DNA of 64,000 nucleotides from Dictyostelium discoideum (GCA_000004695.1 CM000155.2:1888001-1952000); one strand, 5' to 3'. Counted from the first letter of the stretch, positions 13,580-24,838 are shown. The notes: generated from the letters alone by a model not told the origin. Program-made: numbers and translations.

Positions 13580-13820
13580 ATGAATATTGATTGGGATTCA
13601 ATTGAAAATTTAAAGAGAGCAGAATTACAAAAACTATGCAAAGATTTGAAATTAAATATAAAAGGTACATCAAAGAATACTGAATTAGTCACAGCATTAT
13701 TAGAATATAAAAATACATTAAACACCACCACTAAAGATGATGAACCACAACAACAACCACAACAACAGATTGAAAGTATAATAGATCATAATGATGATAA
13801 AAATGAAAATGAAAACACTG

Positions 13821-13884
<64 letters not shown>

Positions 13885-14678
13885 TGATGAACGAATGAAT
13901 ATAGATAATAAAGAAAATGAAGAACATGACGACAATAAAAATCAAACTGAAAAAGAAATCGAAACTGAAAAAGAAACTAAAAAAGAAAATGAAAATGAAA
14001 ATGATAAAGAAAATGAAAAAGAAAATGAAAAAGAAAATGAAAAAGAAAATGAAAAAGAAAATGAAAAAGAAAAGAAATTACTTGTACAAAATGAAAATGA
14101 AAATAAAAATAAAAATAATAATAAAATAGAAGAAGAAGAAGAAGAAAAAAATAAATTTATTGAACAACTTAAAATAAATGATGAAAAAAAAGAAATTGAA
14201 ATGGATAATGAAAATGAAAAAAATTCCCACACGTGTGTATTTTTTTAATATAAATTATTATTATGAATATATATATTTATATTTAAATAGCTAACACTTT
14301 TTTTTATTTTATAATAATTATAAATTTGGAAAAAAAAAAAATTATAATAATAGTGGACTTAAATTTAGAAATTATATACCAAAAGATCAAACATTTTTAA
14401 AATATAGAATTGAAAAAGCAGTAGTACCACCTATTGCTCAAGAATTAATGTCAAGATTAAAAGTTTTAGAAGAGAATCAAGATATTCAAATTTCTTTTGT
14501 ACCAAAAAAAGTAAATTGGGATTTAAAGAGAGATTGTTCAAAGAAATTATTAAAATTAGAAAAACAAACTGAAAAGGCAATTTATCAATTAATTAAACAA
14601 AAGTTAGGAAAAGAAGAAATTAATGAATCAAATATTTATTTATTAAATAAAAATATGGGAAAATTTAATTATCAATAA
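13580..14678 (+). CDS. SAP-domain / CCDC12 (Cwf18-type splicing factor) protein; exons 13580..14232 and 14354..14678
   Basis: N-terminal IENLKRAELQKLCKDLKLNIKGTSKNTELVTALLEY is a SAP motif. It is followed by an acidic, KE-repeat region (ENEKENEK...). The second ORF (LKFRNYIPKDQ...VNWDLKRDCSKKLLKLEKQTEKAIYQLIKQKLG) aligns with human CCDC12 (LRLRNYVPEDEDL...PDWDLKRDVAKKLEKLKKRTQRAIAELIRERL). Donor ac|GTGTGT at 14233 and acceptor aataatag| at 14353 join the two in frame, with the LKFRNY motif beginning right at the acceptor. Confidence 0.6.
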
Positions 14679-14912
14679 AATTTTTTTTTTTTTTTTTTTT
14701 TAAATTTATTTTTGGGAATTGATGAAATTCTTAAAATAAAACTTTTTTTGAATTTAATTTAAATTTATTTTATTTTATTAATTTTTAATTTTTTTTTTTT
14801 ATTTTTTTAATAATTTTTTATTTTATTAATTTTCTATTCACACCCTTTTTTTCATTTTTTTATTTTTTTTTTTTATTATTTTTATTATTTCTAAAATTTG
14901 TATTTTTATAAA

Positions 14913-15686
14913 ATGTCAACACCAACAAAATCATCAGGAGGTGGTAGAACTTATTGGTCTGATAATGAAGAAAATTATTTAAGAGAACAATATTTTCAAA
15001 TGAAAAAGAATGGAGAGAGAATTAATCATATAAAACTTTGTGACTTAATAAACAAAAAGTTTCATTCTGGTTCATCAATTCGTACTGCACAAGCAATAAA
15101 AAATAAATCACATGTTTTAGGTATTACAACACCAACATCAACACCAAATTCAACACCAACATCAACACCAAATTCAACACCAACAAAAAAAGAATATGAA
15201 AAAGGTATAGAAGTTAAAAAACCAGTTATTCAAAATATTAAAAATGTTGGTGATATTAATAATCAAGAAGATGAAGATGATGATGAAGATGAAGATGATG
15301 ATGATAATGATACCCAAACTGATGAAGAAGAAAGTGATAATGGAGAAGAGGAGGAATATTATGATGACCAAGAAGATTATGAATTTGAAATTAATGAAGA
15401 TGAGTTCAATCAAGTTAAAAATGAAAAAGAAAATGAAAAGGAGAAATCAGCTAAAAAAGTTTCACAAACAACCTCTGTTTCAATCTCAAATATGGATAAT
15501 AGAAATAGTGTACCTTTTCAAATTGAACTTCAAATCCCTTCAAAAACAAAAACAACATCAACAAAAACAAAAACAACAAAAACAACAACAAAAAGAGATG
15601 TAATATTATCAGAAATGGATTATCTAAAAAAAAGATTAGATTATTTGGATGAAAAATTGAAAAATTTAGATTTAAACTGTAAATAA
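14913..15686 (+). CDS. Myb/SANT-like domain protein with acidic region and C-terminal YLKKRLDYLDEKLKNL motif
   Basis: RTYWSDNEENYLREQYFQMKKNGERINHIKLCDLINKKFHSGSSIRTAQAIKNKSHVLGI is a single Myb-like repeat. The ORF-track start at 14898 is TTG; the first ATG is 14913 (MSTPTK...). It is a paralogue of the gene at 17792. Confidence 0.6.
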   Translation: MSTPTKSSGGGRTYWSDNEENYLREQYFQMKKNGERINHIKLCDLINKKFHSGSSIRTAQAIKNKSHVLGITTPTSTPNSTPTSTPNSTPTKKEYEKGIEVKKPVIQNIKNVGDINNQEDEDDDEDEDDDDNDTQTDEEESDNGEEEEYYDDQEDYEFEINEDEFNQVKNEKENEKEKSAKKVSQTTSVSISNMDNRNSVPFQIELQIPSKTKTTSTKTKTTKTTTKRDVILSEMDYLKKRLDYLDEKLKNLDLNCK

Positions 15687-15937
15687 AATAAAATGAAATA
15701 AAAAAAAAGATATTATTTGCAATAAAATTAAATAATTTTTAAAATATAAATAAAATTAAAAAAAAAAAAAAAAAAAAAATTTACCCTTTGTTTTTATTAT
15801 TTTCCTGAATCGGAAACAAAAAACCAAAACAGGAATTTATCGATCAATCATTAAAAAGAGTAAAAATGAAAACTAAAAAAAAAAAATTAAATCAATTTGA
15901 ATTCCTTTTTTGGTTTATAATAATCTCATCCAAACCT

Positions 15938-15973
<36 letters not shown>

Positions 15974-17791
15974 GTAAAAAAGAAAAATTTTCTTTTTTAT
16001 TTTTCATTCATTAAAATTAATTCTAACAAAACAAATAATAAAAAAAATAAAAAAATAAACAATTACACAATGTATTAAAAAAAAAAAAAAACACAATTAC
16101 ATTATATTTATGAGTTAAAATAGTATTGTGAAAAAAAAAAAAAGTAAATTTTTTATAAAACATTATTTAAAATAATACTAATTGTTTTTTTTTATTTTTT
16201 TATTATTATTTATAAGAACAACTGAATTCCAAAAGTTCAAAGAAGATACACAATAATATTTGCTAATTATTCTTTATTTCAATTTAATATTATTTTTTTT
16301 TTTCAATTTCTTTTTATGTTTAATTAGAGGGTTTAAAGAGTATTACAAAGATTTTTACTCCAATGTATCATAATTGGAGGGGCATCATAGGTATAATAAT
16401 TTTTTTTCAACTTTTTAAATGATAAACAAAATAAAATCGATTAATTTCAATTTTATTTTAATCTTTTTGAATTGATTTAAAATTTTGTATTCTGGAGTTG
16501 TCCTTCTTTTACATTTTCATTGTACGCAGGGTGGTTTGAAGCCTTATCTTTCACATATGCAATGAAGCATCATTAGTAGGTGATCGTGCTGTAATCAGTT
16601 TAAGTGGGCAAAGTTGGGGAGTCAGACATGCCTCTCATCCTAATCGAGGAAACGACCGACCACTCCTCATTTACATTCTTTTTGAAAAAAAAAAGAAACT
16701 TCCAACATGTAGTATTAATTTATTATGTCAAGAGTTCGAAGGTAAATGTGCTAATTAGAATATTGTAATTCCTGGGTATTATCTCTTTTCAAAATCATAA
16801 AAAAAAAAAAAAAAAAAAAAAAAAATTAAAAAAAAAGAAAATTAATCAACCACCATTCTCTCTGCCTCTTATATGTAAAAAAAAAAAAACAACAACTCAA
16901 TCAATATGAAAATCAATCATTTTAAATATTGTCGTAATGAATGTTGTTTTTTAAATACTATAACACTTTTGTTTTTCACAAATTAGAATAATGTCACCTT
17001 CAAAAAAAAAGTAAGTATTTTTAATTTTTTTTTTTTTTTTTTAATAACTACGATTTACTGAAACTATAATAATTTTTAAAAATTCAAAATACCTTTTGTC
17101 ACATTAATGTTATTATATAGGCGAAGTGTGTTCTCAAACTCAAAAATAAAAAAATAAAAATCATTTCAAAGGTGTTTTTAACTATATACAGTCAATTAGT
17201 TCCTAAAACTTAGTTTCCAATAGTTTGGAATTTAAATTAAAAAATCTTTCAAAAAAAATTCTAATCAATTTTTAAATAAAAAACACTTTTAAACTGATTC
17301 ATCAAAATAATTTTTTTTCTTTTCTCTTTCTCTTTTCTCTTCTCTTTTAAAAGTATTAAAAATAATAACAGTATTAATAATAATAATAATGGTATTGCAA
17401 TAAAAAAAAAAAAAAGTTGAATATAAAAAAAGAGATATAAAATTTTTTTTTTTTTTTTTAATTTTTGGTGAAAAGCAGATAAAATCAGATTTATTTTATT
17501 TTTCTTTTCGGGCCAATATTGTAATTTGATTATTTTTTTAAAAAATTTCTTAAATTTTTACAAAATTTTTTAGAAAATTTCTTAAATTTTTAGAAATTTT
17601 TTTAAATAATATCTTGTTTGTAATTCTTTTTATAAATAATACTTTTTTTTTTTATTTTTTTTTATAAATTAAAAGAGCTCACAAATTTATTTTTCTCATT
17701 TATAATTTAACTTGGTATATAAATATTTTTTTCACATATTTTGTTTCTATTAATAATCTTATTTTTTATTTTTTATTTTTTTTTTTTGAAA

Positions 17792-18403
17792 ATGGCTAAA
17801 CCATGGTTAGATGAAGAAACCGAATATCTTAAGGAACTTTATTATCATCATTACCAAAAGAATAAAAAAGAAAAGATCAATTGTAACAAAATTACACAAT
17901 TAGTTAATGAAAGATTTGCAAATGATCGTTCACCCCAAGCAATTAAAGACAAGGCACATAGGTTAAAAATTTCCAAGAAATATGCAACTAAAACTGATAA
18001 TGATTATGATGATTATGATGATGATGATGATGATGATGATAATGATAATGATTATGATGGTAGAGATAATAATGAAGATTCTCAAAAAATAGGAAAAATT
18101 AACTTTGATGATCAAAATGTTAATGTTAAAGAAGAGATCTACCAACAACCTGTTAAAACAACAATCTCAGTATCAATCTTGGATGATAATAATAATAAAA
18201 ATAATAAAAATGAAAATTCAGTTCAAACAATAACAACAACAACAACAAAAAAACCAGAAATAGATACACCACCAATAACAAATGCAACTACAACAACAAA
18301 AAATTTAAAAAAATTAAAAAAAGATTCAATTGAAGTTGAAATTAAATATTTGAAAAAAAGGTTAGATTATTTAACAGAAAAATTGAATAATTTAGAAATT
18401 TAA
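17792..18403 (+). CDS. Myb/SANT-like domain protein, paralogue of 14913..15686
   Basis: KPWLDEETEYLKELYYHHYQKNKKEKINCNKITQLVNERFANDRSPQAIKDKAHRLKI, an acidic D-rich region and C-terminal YLKKRLDYLTEKLNNLEI share the architecture of the upstream gene. The first ATG is at 17792; the ORF-track start at 17741 is a TTG inside a T-run. Confidence 0.6.
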   Translation: MAKPWLDEETEYLKELYYHHYQKNKKEKINCNKITQLVNERFANDRSPQAIKDKAHRLKISKKYATKTDNDYDDYDDDDDDDDNDNDYDGRDNNEDSQKIGKINFDDQNVNVKEEIYQQPVKTTISVSILDDNNNKNNKNENSVQTITTTTTKKPEIDTPPITNATTTTKNLKKLKKDSIEVEIKYLKKRLDYLTEKLNNLEI

Positions 18404-18692
18404 AAATTAATCATATTAAAATATCTAAAAATAAAAATATTTGGTTTAGATATTTTTTATTTTTTATTTTTTATTTTAACATTTTTTATTTTTTAATTTT
18501 TTTTTTTTAATTTTTTTTTTATTTTTTTTTTTATTAAAACACACACCTCATAATGATTCATAGACAAAAAAAAAAAAAAACAAAAAAACAAAATTAAAAA
18601 AAAAAAAATTGTGTTTTAAAGTTCATTGTTTACATTCTTTAAAAAGAATAAAAACATACACACAATATCTCTAATAGAGATAACAACAAAAT

Positions 18693-20964
18693 ATGTTAAC
18701 TATTAAAAGATTACTTTTAAATCAAAACCTATTTAAAAGTAGTTGTAATTCCACAGGTATCATTTCAATTAATTACAATAGTAATAATAAAATTTGTTTT
18801 TTCAGTTCTTCTTCAACATTAATAAATAAAACTAATGAAATTTTAGATATTGAAGATAATAATAATAATAATAATGAAATATCATCATCACCATTATTTT
18901 TAAAAGAAACAATTAAAGAATTTAAATTAAAAAAAGAATTTATTGAAAAGTATTCAAAAAAGAAAGCACCATTTGGATTTGGAGTATTGGGTGAGATTGT
19001 ATATAGAAGAAGTTATTCGAGAGTTAAAGAGGATAATACAAATGAACAATGGTTTGAAACCGTTGAGAGAGTTGTAAATGGTACATATAATATTCAAAGG
19101 AAATGGATAGAAAGACATGGTTTAGAATGGAATCAAAATAAAGCTCAAAAATCTGCACAAGAAATGTATAATCGTATATTTGAAATGAAGTTTTTACCAC
19201 CTGGTAGAGGTTTATATTCTTGTGGTTCTTCAACTACTGAATCAAAAGGTTTATTCGCTGCTTTAAATAATTGTGCTTTCGTTAGTACATTAGATATTAA
19301 AAAGAATCCTTCAAAACCATTTATATTCTTAATGGATGCTTCAATGTTAGGTGTTGGTGTTGGGTTCGATACAAAAGGTGAAAATTCAATTATAATTAAA
19401 GGTCAATTACCACCACCACCACCACAACAACAACCACAACAACAACAACAACAACATGGTCAAAATAATAATATATTTATTGTACCAGATAGTAGAGAAG
19501 GTTGGGTAGAATCAGTTCAATTATTATTAGATTCATACTTTTTAAAAAGGAATAATCCAATATTTGATTATAGTTCAATTAGAAAAAAAGGTGAACCAAT
19601 TAAAGGATTTGGAGGAGTTTGTTGTGGTTATGAACCTTTAAAAGAATTACATGATGAAATTAGAGCTTTATTGAATAAATGTATTGGTAAACCAATTAGT
19701 TCAACAAATATTGTGGATTTAATGAATTTAATTGGAAAATGTGTTGTATCTGGTAATGTTCGACAAGCTGCAGAGATTGCATTTGGTGATCCAAATTCTC
19801 AAGAGTATATAGATTTAAAAAACTATCAAATCAATCCACAACGTGCTTCATTTGGTTGGTGTAGTAATAATAGTGTATTTGCAGAACTAGGTATGGATTA
19901 TTCAAAAGTTTGTCAAAGTATACTTCATAATGGTGAGCCTGGTTTAGCATGGTTGGATAATATGAAAGCGTATAGCAGAATGGTGCCAACCGAATTGGAT
20001 TATAAAGATCGTAGAGCAATGGGTGGCAACCCATGTTTAGAGCAAACTTTAGAATCTTATGAACTTTGCTGTCTAGTTGAAACGTTTCCCAACAATCACG
20101 AGAGTTTAGAAGACTATTTAAAAACTTTGAAATACGCATTCCTATATGCCAAAACCGTTACACTCGGTTCCACCCAATGGCCCGATACCAATAAGGTACT
20201 GCTCCGTAATAGAAGAATCGGATGCTCCATGAGTGGTATAGCACAGTTCATTCATTTCAATGGGTTGCATCAACTTAAGGATTGGTGTGTCAATGGTTTC
20301 AAGCTTTTGAATGAATTGGATGAGAAGTATTCCGAGTGGTTGGCAATACCGAAATCAATAAAGAGAACATCGATTAAACCAAGTGGCACTGTGTCGTTGT
20401 TGGCTGGTGCCACACCTGGCATGCATTATCCGATATCTGAATATTACATTAGACGTATAAGAATTCAAAAAGAGAGTAACCTAATTCCACCATTGGTAGA
20501 AGCCGGCTACCATGTTGAGCCAGCCTTTGAGAATAGTACCAATGTTGTAGTTGAAATACCCATTCATTCAGGTAAAGGTATTAGATCTGCAAATTCAATA
20601 ACAATGTGGGAACAATTATCATTAGCTTCTTTTCTTCAAAAATATTGGGCTGATAATCAAGTGAGTTGTACAGTCTCTTTTGATCCAATTAAAGAGGGTC
20701 CACAATTAAAACATGCCTTAGATTACTTTCAATATCAATTAAAAGGTGTATCATTTTTACCAAATTCTTCAACAACTACATCTGTTTATAAACAAATGCC
20801 TTATGAAGAAATTGATGAAACTCGTTACAACCAAATCATTGCTAACCTAAAACCTGTTGATTTTCAAAAGTTAAATAATTCCCCTTTAGAGCCTACTCCT
20901 GATAAATTTTGTGATTCTTCAAGTTGTACAATTGTTTCTGATAATTCTGAAACACTTAATAATT

Positions 20965-20969
<5 letters not shown>
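18693..20969 (+). CDS. class II (adenosylcobalamin-dependent, monomeric RTPR-type) ribonucleotide reductase
   Basis: 758-aa single exon with the class II active-site signature GGNPCLEQTLESYELCCLVE (NPCGEQ-type cysteine loop) and overall RTPR-like layout. Includes an N-terminal S/N-rich extension and an internal poly-Q/P insert (PPPPQQQPQQQQQQH). Confidence 0.75.
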
Positions 20970-21011
<42 letters not shown>

Positions 21012-21473
21012 TAAAAATAAAAAACTCGATAATTTCCAAAAATTATTATAATATTAGATGGAATAATAGTGATTCTTATTTTGGTAATTTACATCATCAA
21101 TTTTTTTAATTTTAATGAATTTATTTTTTTATCTTAAATAAATTTTAACTTTTATTATTAAATAATTAAGTTTTTATAAAAATTTTTATTTACATAAATC
21201 TTTAAATTATTAAATTTGATTTATATCTTATCAAATCTATTATTTATTTATTTAACTATTATTTTCATTTCTAAAAAAAAATGGATGGCGGTCCGATCAC
21301 AGTTGTAATGAAACTCTTTGGCTTTCATTACAAATTATAATATAATAATATTCAAATAAATAATTAATAATAAATAATAAATAATATTATATCTCTATAT
21401 AATATTATATGTAATAAAGTTTACTGTGTGTTCAAGGTCACAAATATAAAAAAATATTGTAAGTATTTCACAG

Positions 21474-21910
21474 AAGTTTTTTTTTTGAATTGGATAACGC
21501 AATTATTATTTGCTTCTCCTTGAGATGCTAGATCTCATTTTATTTTATTTTTTTTTTGTTTACAGGGTCTCTAAAAGAGGGGTTGGTTTACCTTTTTTTT
21601 TTTTTTTTTTTTTTTTGTTTCGAATTTTGAATTGTATTATTACTTTTGATTAAAACATCTTTTTTGTCCAAACTTTTTTCTAAATCTTTTTTTATTTTAT
21701 CGTCTGGTTCGTGATTGATGTTTATGACGTATTTGAATTGTTTTTTTTTTAATTGAGTTTTATCCACAATTTCGCTTATTTTTTGTAGGCATTTGTGTTG
21801 CTTAATATTTATGGTGTTGTTTGTGATTTTCATCTTATTTTCTTTCTATTTTTTTTATTTTTCTTTAAAAAGTTAAAAATCTGGAAATTTTCTGATTAAC
21901 TTGGGTTCCC

Positions 21911-21970
<60 letters not shown>

Positions 21971-22330
21971 AAAAATGAAATAATCAAAAAAAGAGATTAT
22001 TTGTTTTTTTCATTTCACAGAAGTTTTTTTTTTTTTTGAATTGGATAACGCAATTATTATTTGCTTCTCCTTGAGATGCTAGATCTCATTTTATTTTTTT
22101 TTTTTTTTTTACAGGGTCTTTTTGATTAAAACATCTTTTTTGTCCAAACTTTTTTCTAAATCTTTTTTTATTTTATCGTCTGGGTCGTGATTGATGTTTA
22201 TGACGTATTTGAATTGTTTTTTTTTTAATTGAGTTTTATCCACAATTTCGCTTATTTTTTGTAGGCATTTGTGTTGCTTAATATTTGTGGGGGTGGTTGG
22301 GATTTTCCATTTATTTTCCTTCCATCCTTT
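21474..22330 (-). repeat. two tandem partial TRE5-A-like units (B/C-module-like), each holding an ORF1 N-terminal fragment
   Basis: Copy A (21474..21915) and copy B (22017..22330) both show cacagaagtt...gaattggataacgcaattattatttgcttctccttgagatgctagatctcatttta...acagggtct followed by the revcomp of the ORF1 start. Copy A carries a T24 run and 22 extra bases; copy B joins directly. Confidence 0.7.
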
Positions 22331-22351
22331 TTATTTTTTGGAATAACCTGG

Positions 22352-22407
<56 letters not shown>

Positions 22408-22703
22408 TTATAGAAAGTACTGAGTGAATTATTGTATTTTTTGAGATGTTTAGGAAGTTCTATTGCGGGTGTTGATGATGATTTGTGACACCCCTTGTCC
22501 TGTTTTATCAATTGGTGCGTGGTGTGTTATTTTGTTTTTATATTGTTGATTTATTGAGTAAATTTTATTTGTTTTTATATTTGTTTCAGTTAGAAGTGCT
22601 GCGTCCAGCTTGTTGTTGTCTAAAACGGTGTTTATTATGCTGGCAGATTGGATGGTGTTGGATCCTTGGACGTTCCAAACACCTATTCTTATTGTGTTTT
22701 TCT

Positions 22704-24038
22704 TTATAGTTTTATTTGGGGTAGATTTTTATCTACCTTTTGAAGTTTCTGGTTTATTTTGTCTTCTAACTGATCTTTACTTTGTTCGTTGTGTTGTTGG
22801 TCTTGTGTGTTTGTGGGGTTTTTTGATTTATTGATTTGTTTTAGAATTTCCTTGTTGAAGTTGTCTATATCTTCATCCATTTTTGTTTTTATGCTTTTTT
22901 GTCCATATTCACCCAATTTTGGTTTGACTGGTGTTTTGTTGGTCTTGTTTGTTTTGTCTTGTTGTTTCTTTTTTGGTGTGTTTAACAATTTACTTGGTGA
23001 ATCGATAATTTTCGATGGTGTACCATAGGTTGGGCTGAAACTCATGATATGTTTTATTGGAGAGGAGAAGAACCATTGATTTGAAGGGATTGAAAGTGGG
23101 AATTCTATTTTTCTTATTGCATCAGTGTTTGGGCTGGTGAAGTCGAAGATATCATTTGCCTCTCTAAGTTTTTCTTCCGTTGTTAGTCCCTTTGTTTCGC
23201 CGTGTTGTTTTATTGGTGTATTGTATGGAGATGGTGGTTCGATAGGTTTTTCTGATTTTGTTTTAATTTCTTGATTGTTTATCGATTGTGTATTGATCTC
23301 ATTCTCTATTCTTGTTAGTTCATCTACGTTTTCTAGTGATGCTTCTATTACCTTTTGAGCTGTATCATCTAGGGCCATAAATGTTTTATCATTAGATGAG
23401 GATGTGATTGGTGGGATAATGATTGTTCTTTTTCCTTGTTTTGGTATTTGTTCTGATGTAGATTGTGGTTGTTGTTCATCTGATTGTTTTTTATTTTTGT
23501 TTTCTTCTTGATTTTCTGGTAATGAGGTTTGATCTCTCCATCCTTTGTTGGAGTGTCCAATTAATGTTAGATTGTCTAGTTCAATGATAGTGTCAAATTC
23601 TTCTACGACTCTTTTCACTGTTTTGATAATTAGAGTTTCGCCTTTAATTTCTGATTTAATTAGTTTACATCCTTCATTTTCTATTACCCATTCTATTTCT
23701 GTGAGTGATTTATACCAATCAAAATCTGTATACATATTTTTTGGTCTTATAGTGGTTATAAATTGTCCTTTTAATTCTGCATCAAACATATTTACAAAAT
23801 AGATTACTGTACTAATACTGTCTGTGAGAATTTTGAATGTATTATTACTTTTGATTAAAACATCTTTTTTGTCCAAACTTTTTTCTAAATCTTTTTTTAT
23901 TTTATCGTCTGGTTCGTGATTGATGTTTATGACGTATTTGAATTGTTTTTTTTTTAATTGAGTTTTATCCACAATTTCGCTTATTTTTTGTAGGCATTTG
24001 TGTTGCTTAATATTTGTGGTGTTGTTTGTGATTTTCAT
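22704..24038 (-). CDS. TRE5-A-like retrotransposon ORF1 protein (444 aa)
   Basis: Starts with ATG; K/E-rich and about 51 kDa, as reported for TRE5-A ORF1p. Its N-terminal 65-73 codons recur at 21617..21833 and 22110..22300 inside repeated modules. No RT/endonuclease ORF follows. Confidence 0.65.
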   Translation of the reverse strand: MKITNNTTNIKQHKCLQKISEIVDKTQLKKKQFKYVININHEPDDKIKKDLEKSLDKKDVLIKSNNTFKILTDSISTVIYFVNMFDAELKGQFITTIRPKNMYTDFDWYKSLTEIEWVIENEGCKLIKSEIKGETLIIKTVKRVVEEFDTIIELDNLTLIGHSNKGWRDQTSLPENQEENKNKKQSDEQQPQSTSEQIPKQGKRTIIIPPITSSSNDKTFMALDDTAQKVIEASLENVDELTRIENEINTQSINNQEIKTKSEKPIEPPSPYNTPIKQHGETKGLTTEEKLREANDIFDFTSPNTDAIRKIEFPLSIPSNQWFFSSPIKHIMSFSPTYGTPSKIIDSPSKLLNTPKKKQQDKTNKTNKTPVKPKLGEYGQKSIKTKMDEDIDNFNKEILKQINKSKNPTNTQDQQHNEQSKDQLEDKINQKLQKVDKNLPQIKL

Positions 24039-24113
24039 TTTATTTTCTTTCTATCTTTTTTATTTTTCTTTAAAAAGTTAAAAATCTGGAAATTTTCTAA
24101 TTAACTTGGTTCC

Positions 24114-24167
<54 letters not shown>

Positions 24168-24170
<3 letters not shown>

Positions 24171-24838
24171 TCTTTTTTATATGAAAAATGAAATAATCAA
24201 AAAAAGAGATTGTTGTTGTTGTTTGTTTTTTTCGATCTGATTATTTTTTGCTTTTTTTTTGAAAATTTTGCTACGCAAAATTCTCAAAACGAAACAAATA
24301 ATAAATTACAATAAAGTAAAAAGATGGCTTTTTAAAATAGTTTATTTATTTATTTATTTGTTTTTTAAGTCTTTTTTATATGAAAAATGAAATAATCAAA
24401 AAAAGAGATTGTTGTTGTTGTTTGTTTTTTTCGATCTGATTATTTTTTGCTTTTTTTTTGAAAATTTTGCTACGCAAAATTCTCAAAACGAAACAAATAA
24501 TAAATTACAATAAAGTAAAAAGATGGCTTTTTAAAATAGTTTATTTATTTATTTATTTGTTTTTTAAGTCTTTTTTATATGAAAAATGAAATAATCAAAA
24601 AAAGAGATTGTTGTTGTTGTTTGTTTTTTTCGATCTGATTATTTTTTGCTTTTTTTTTGAAAATTTTGCTACGCAAAATTCTCAAAACGAAACAAATAAT
24701 AAATTACAATAAAGTAAAAAGATGGCTTTTTAAAATAGTTTATTTATTTATTTATTTGTTTTTTAAGTCTTTTTTATATGAAAAATGAAATAATCAAAAA
24801 AAGAGATTGTTGTTGTTGTTTGTTTTTTTCGATCTGAT
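24168..24838. repeat. tandem array, about 3.4 copies of a 199-bp unit (A-module-like), truncated at the tRNA-proximal end
   Basis: Unit begins aagtcttttttatatgaaaaatgaaataatcaaaaaaagagattgttgttg... and recurs at 24168, 24367, 24566 and 24765. The last copy is cut after ...cgatctgat at 24838. Confidence 0.9.

Larger units (their letters stand above)
21474..24838 (-). mobile_element. TRE5-A-like (DRE-type) tRNA-gene-targeted non-LTR retrotransposon remnant, non-autonomous (ORF1 only, no ORF2), ending 47 bp upstream of tRNA-Gly
   Basis: Intact 444-aa ORF1 (22704..24038). The 199-bp tandem unit, an A-run and a leader lie upstream of ORF1 on the minus strand, adjacent to the tRNA. Two further units (21474..21915 and 22017..22330) repeat the first 65-73 ORF1 codons followed by a conserved roughly 105-bp tail (B/C-module-like). 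The element's 5' side abuts the tRNA gene at the distance and orientation described for TRE5-A. Confidence 0.7.

Noticed and set aside
16991-17011. Mini first-exon-like ATGTCACCTTCAAAAAAAAAG|GTAAGT in the spacer between the Myb paralogues
   Set aside because: It looks like a Dictyostelium exon 1 plus donor, but there is no AG acceptor before the downstream Myb ORF (17700..17800). The only in-phase continuation (from 17111) uses atypical codons and ends after 31 codons. It is kept as unexplained and not called a gene.
22485-23802. Plus-strand ORFs 22485..22709, 22610..22834, 22789..23028 and 23545..23802
   Set aside because: They are antisense to, or downstream of, the retroelement ORF1. They are Cys/Phe/Leu-rich translations with GT-rich content and no start context. 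Retroelement ORF2 would be on the minus strand and is absent.
24168-24838. Regularly spaced direct repeats that could look like a CRISPR array
   Set aside because: The unit is 199 bp with no unique spacers. It is eukaryotic AT-rich DNA and part of the TRE5-A-like element (A-module-like). There are no cas genes; the window is not prokaryotic.
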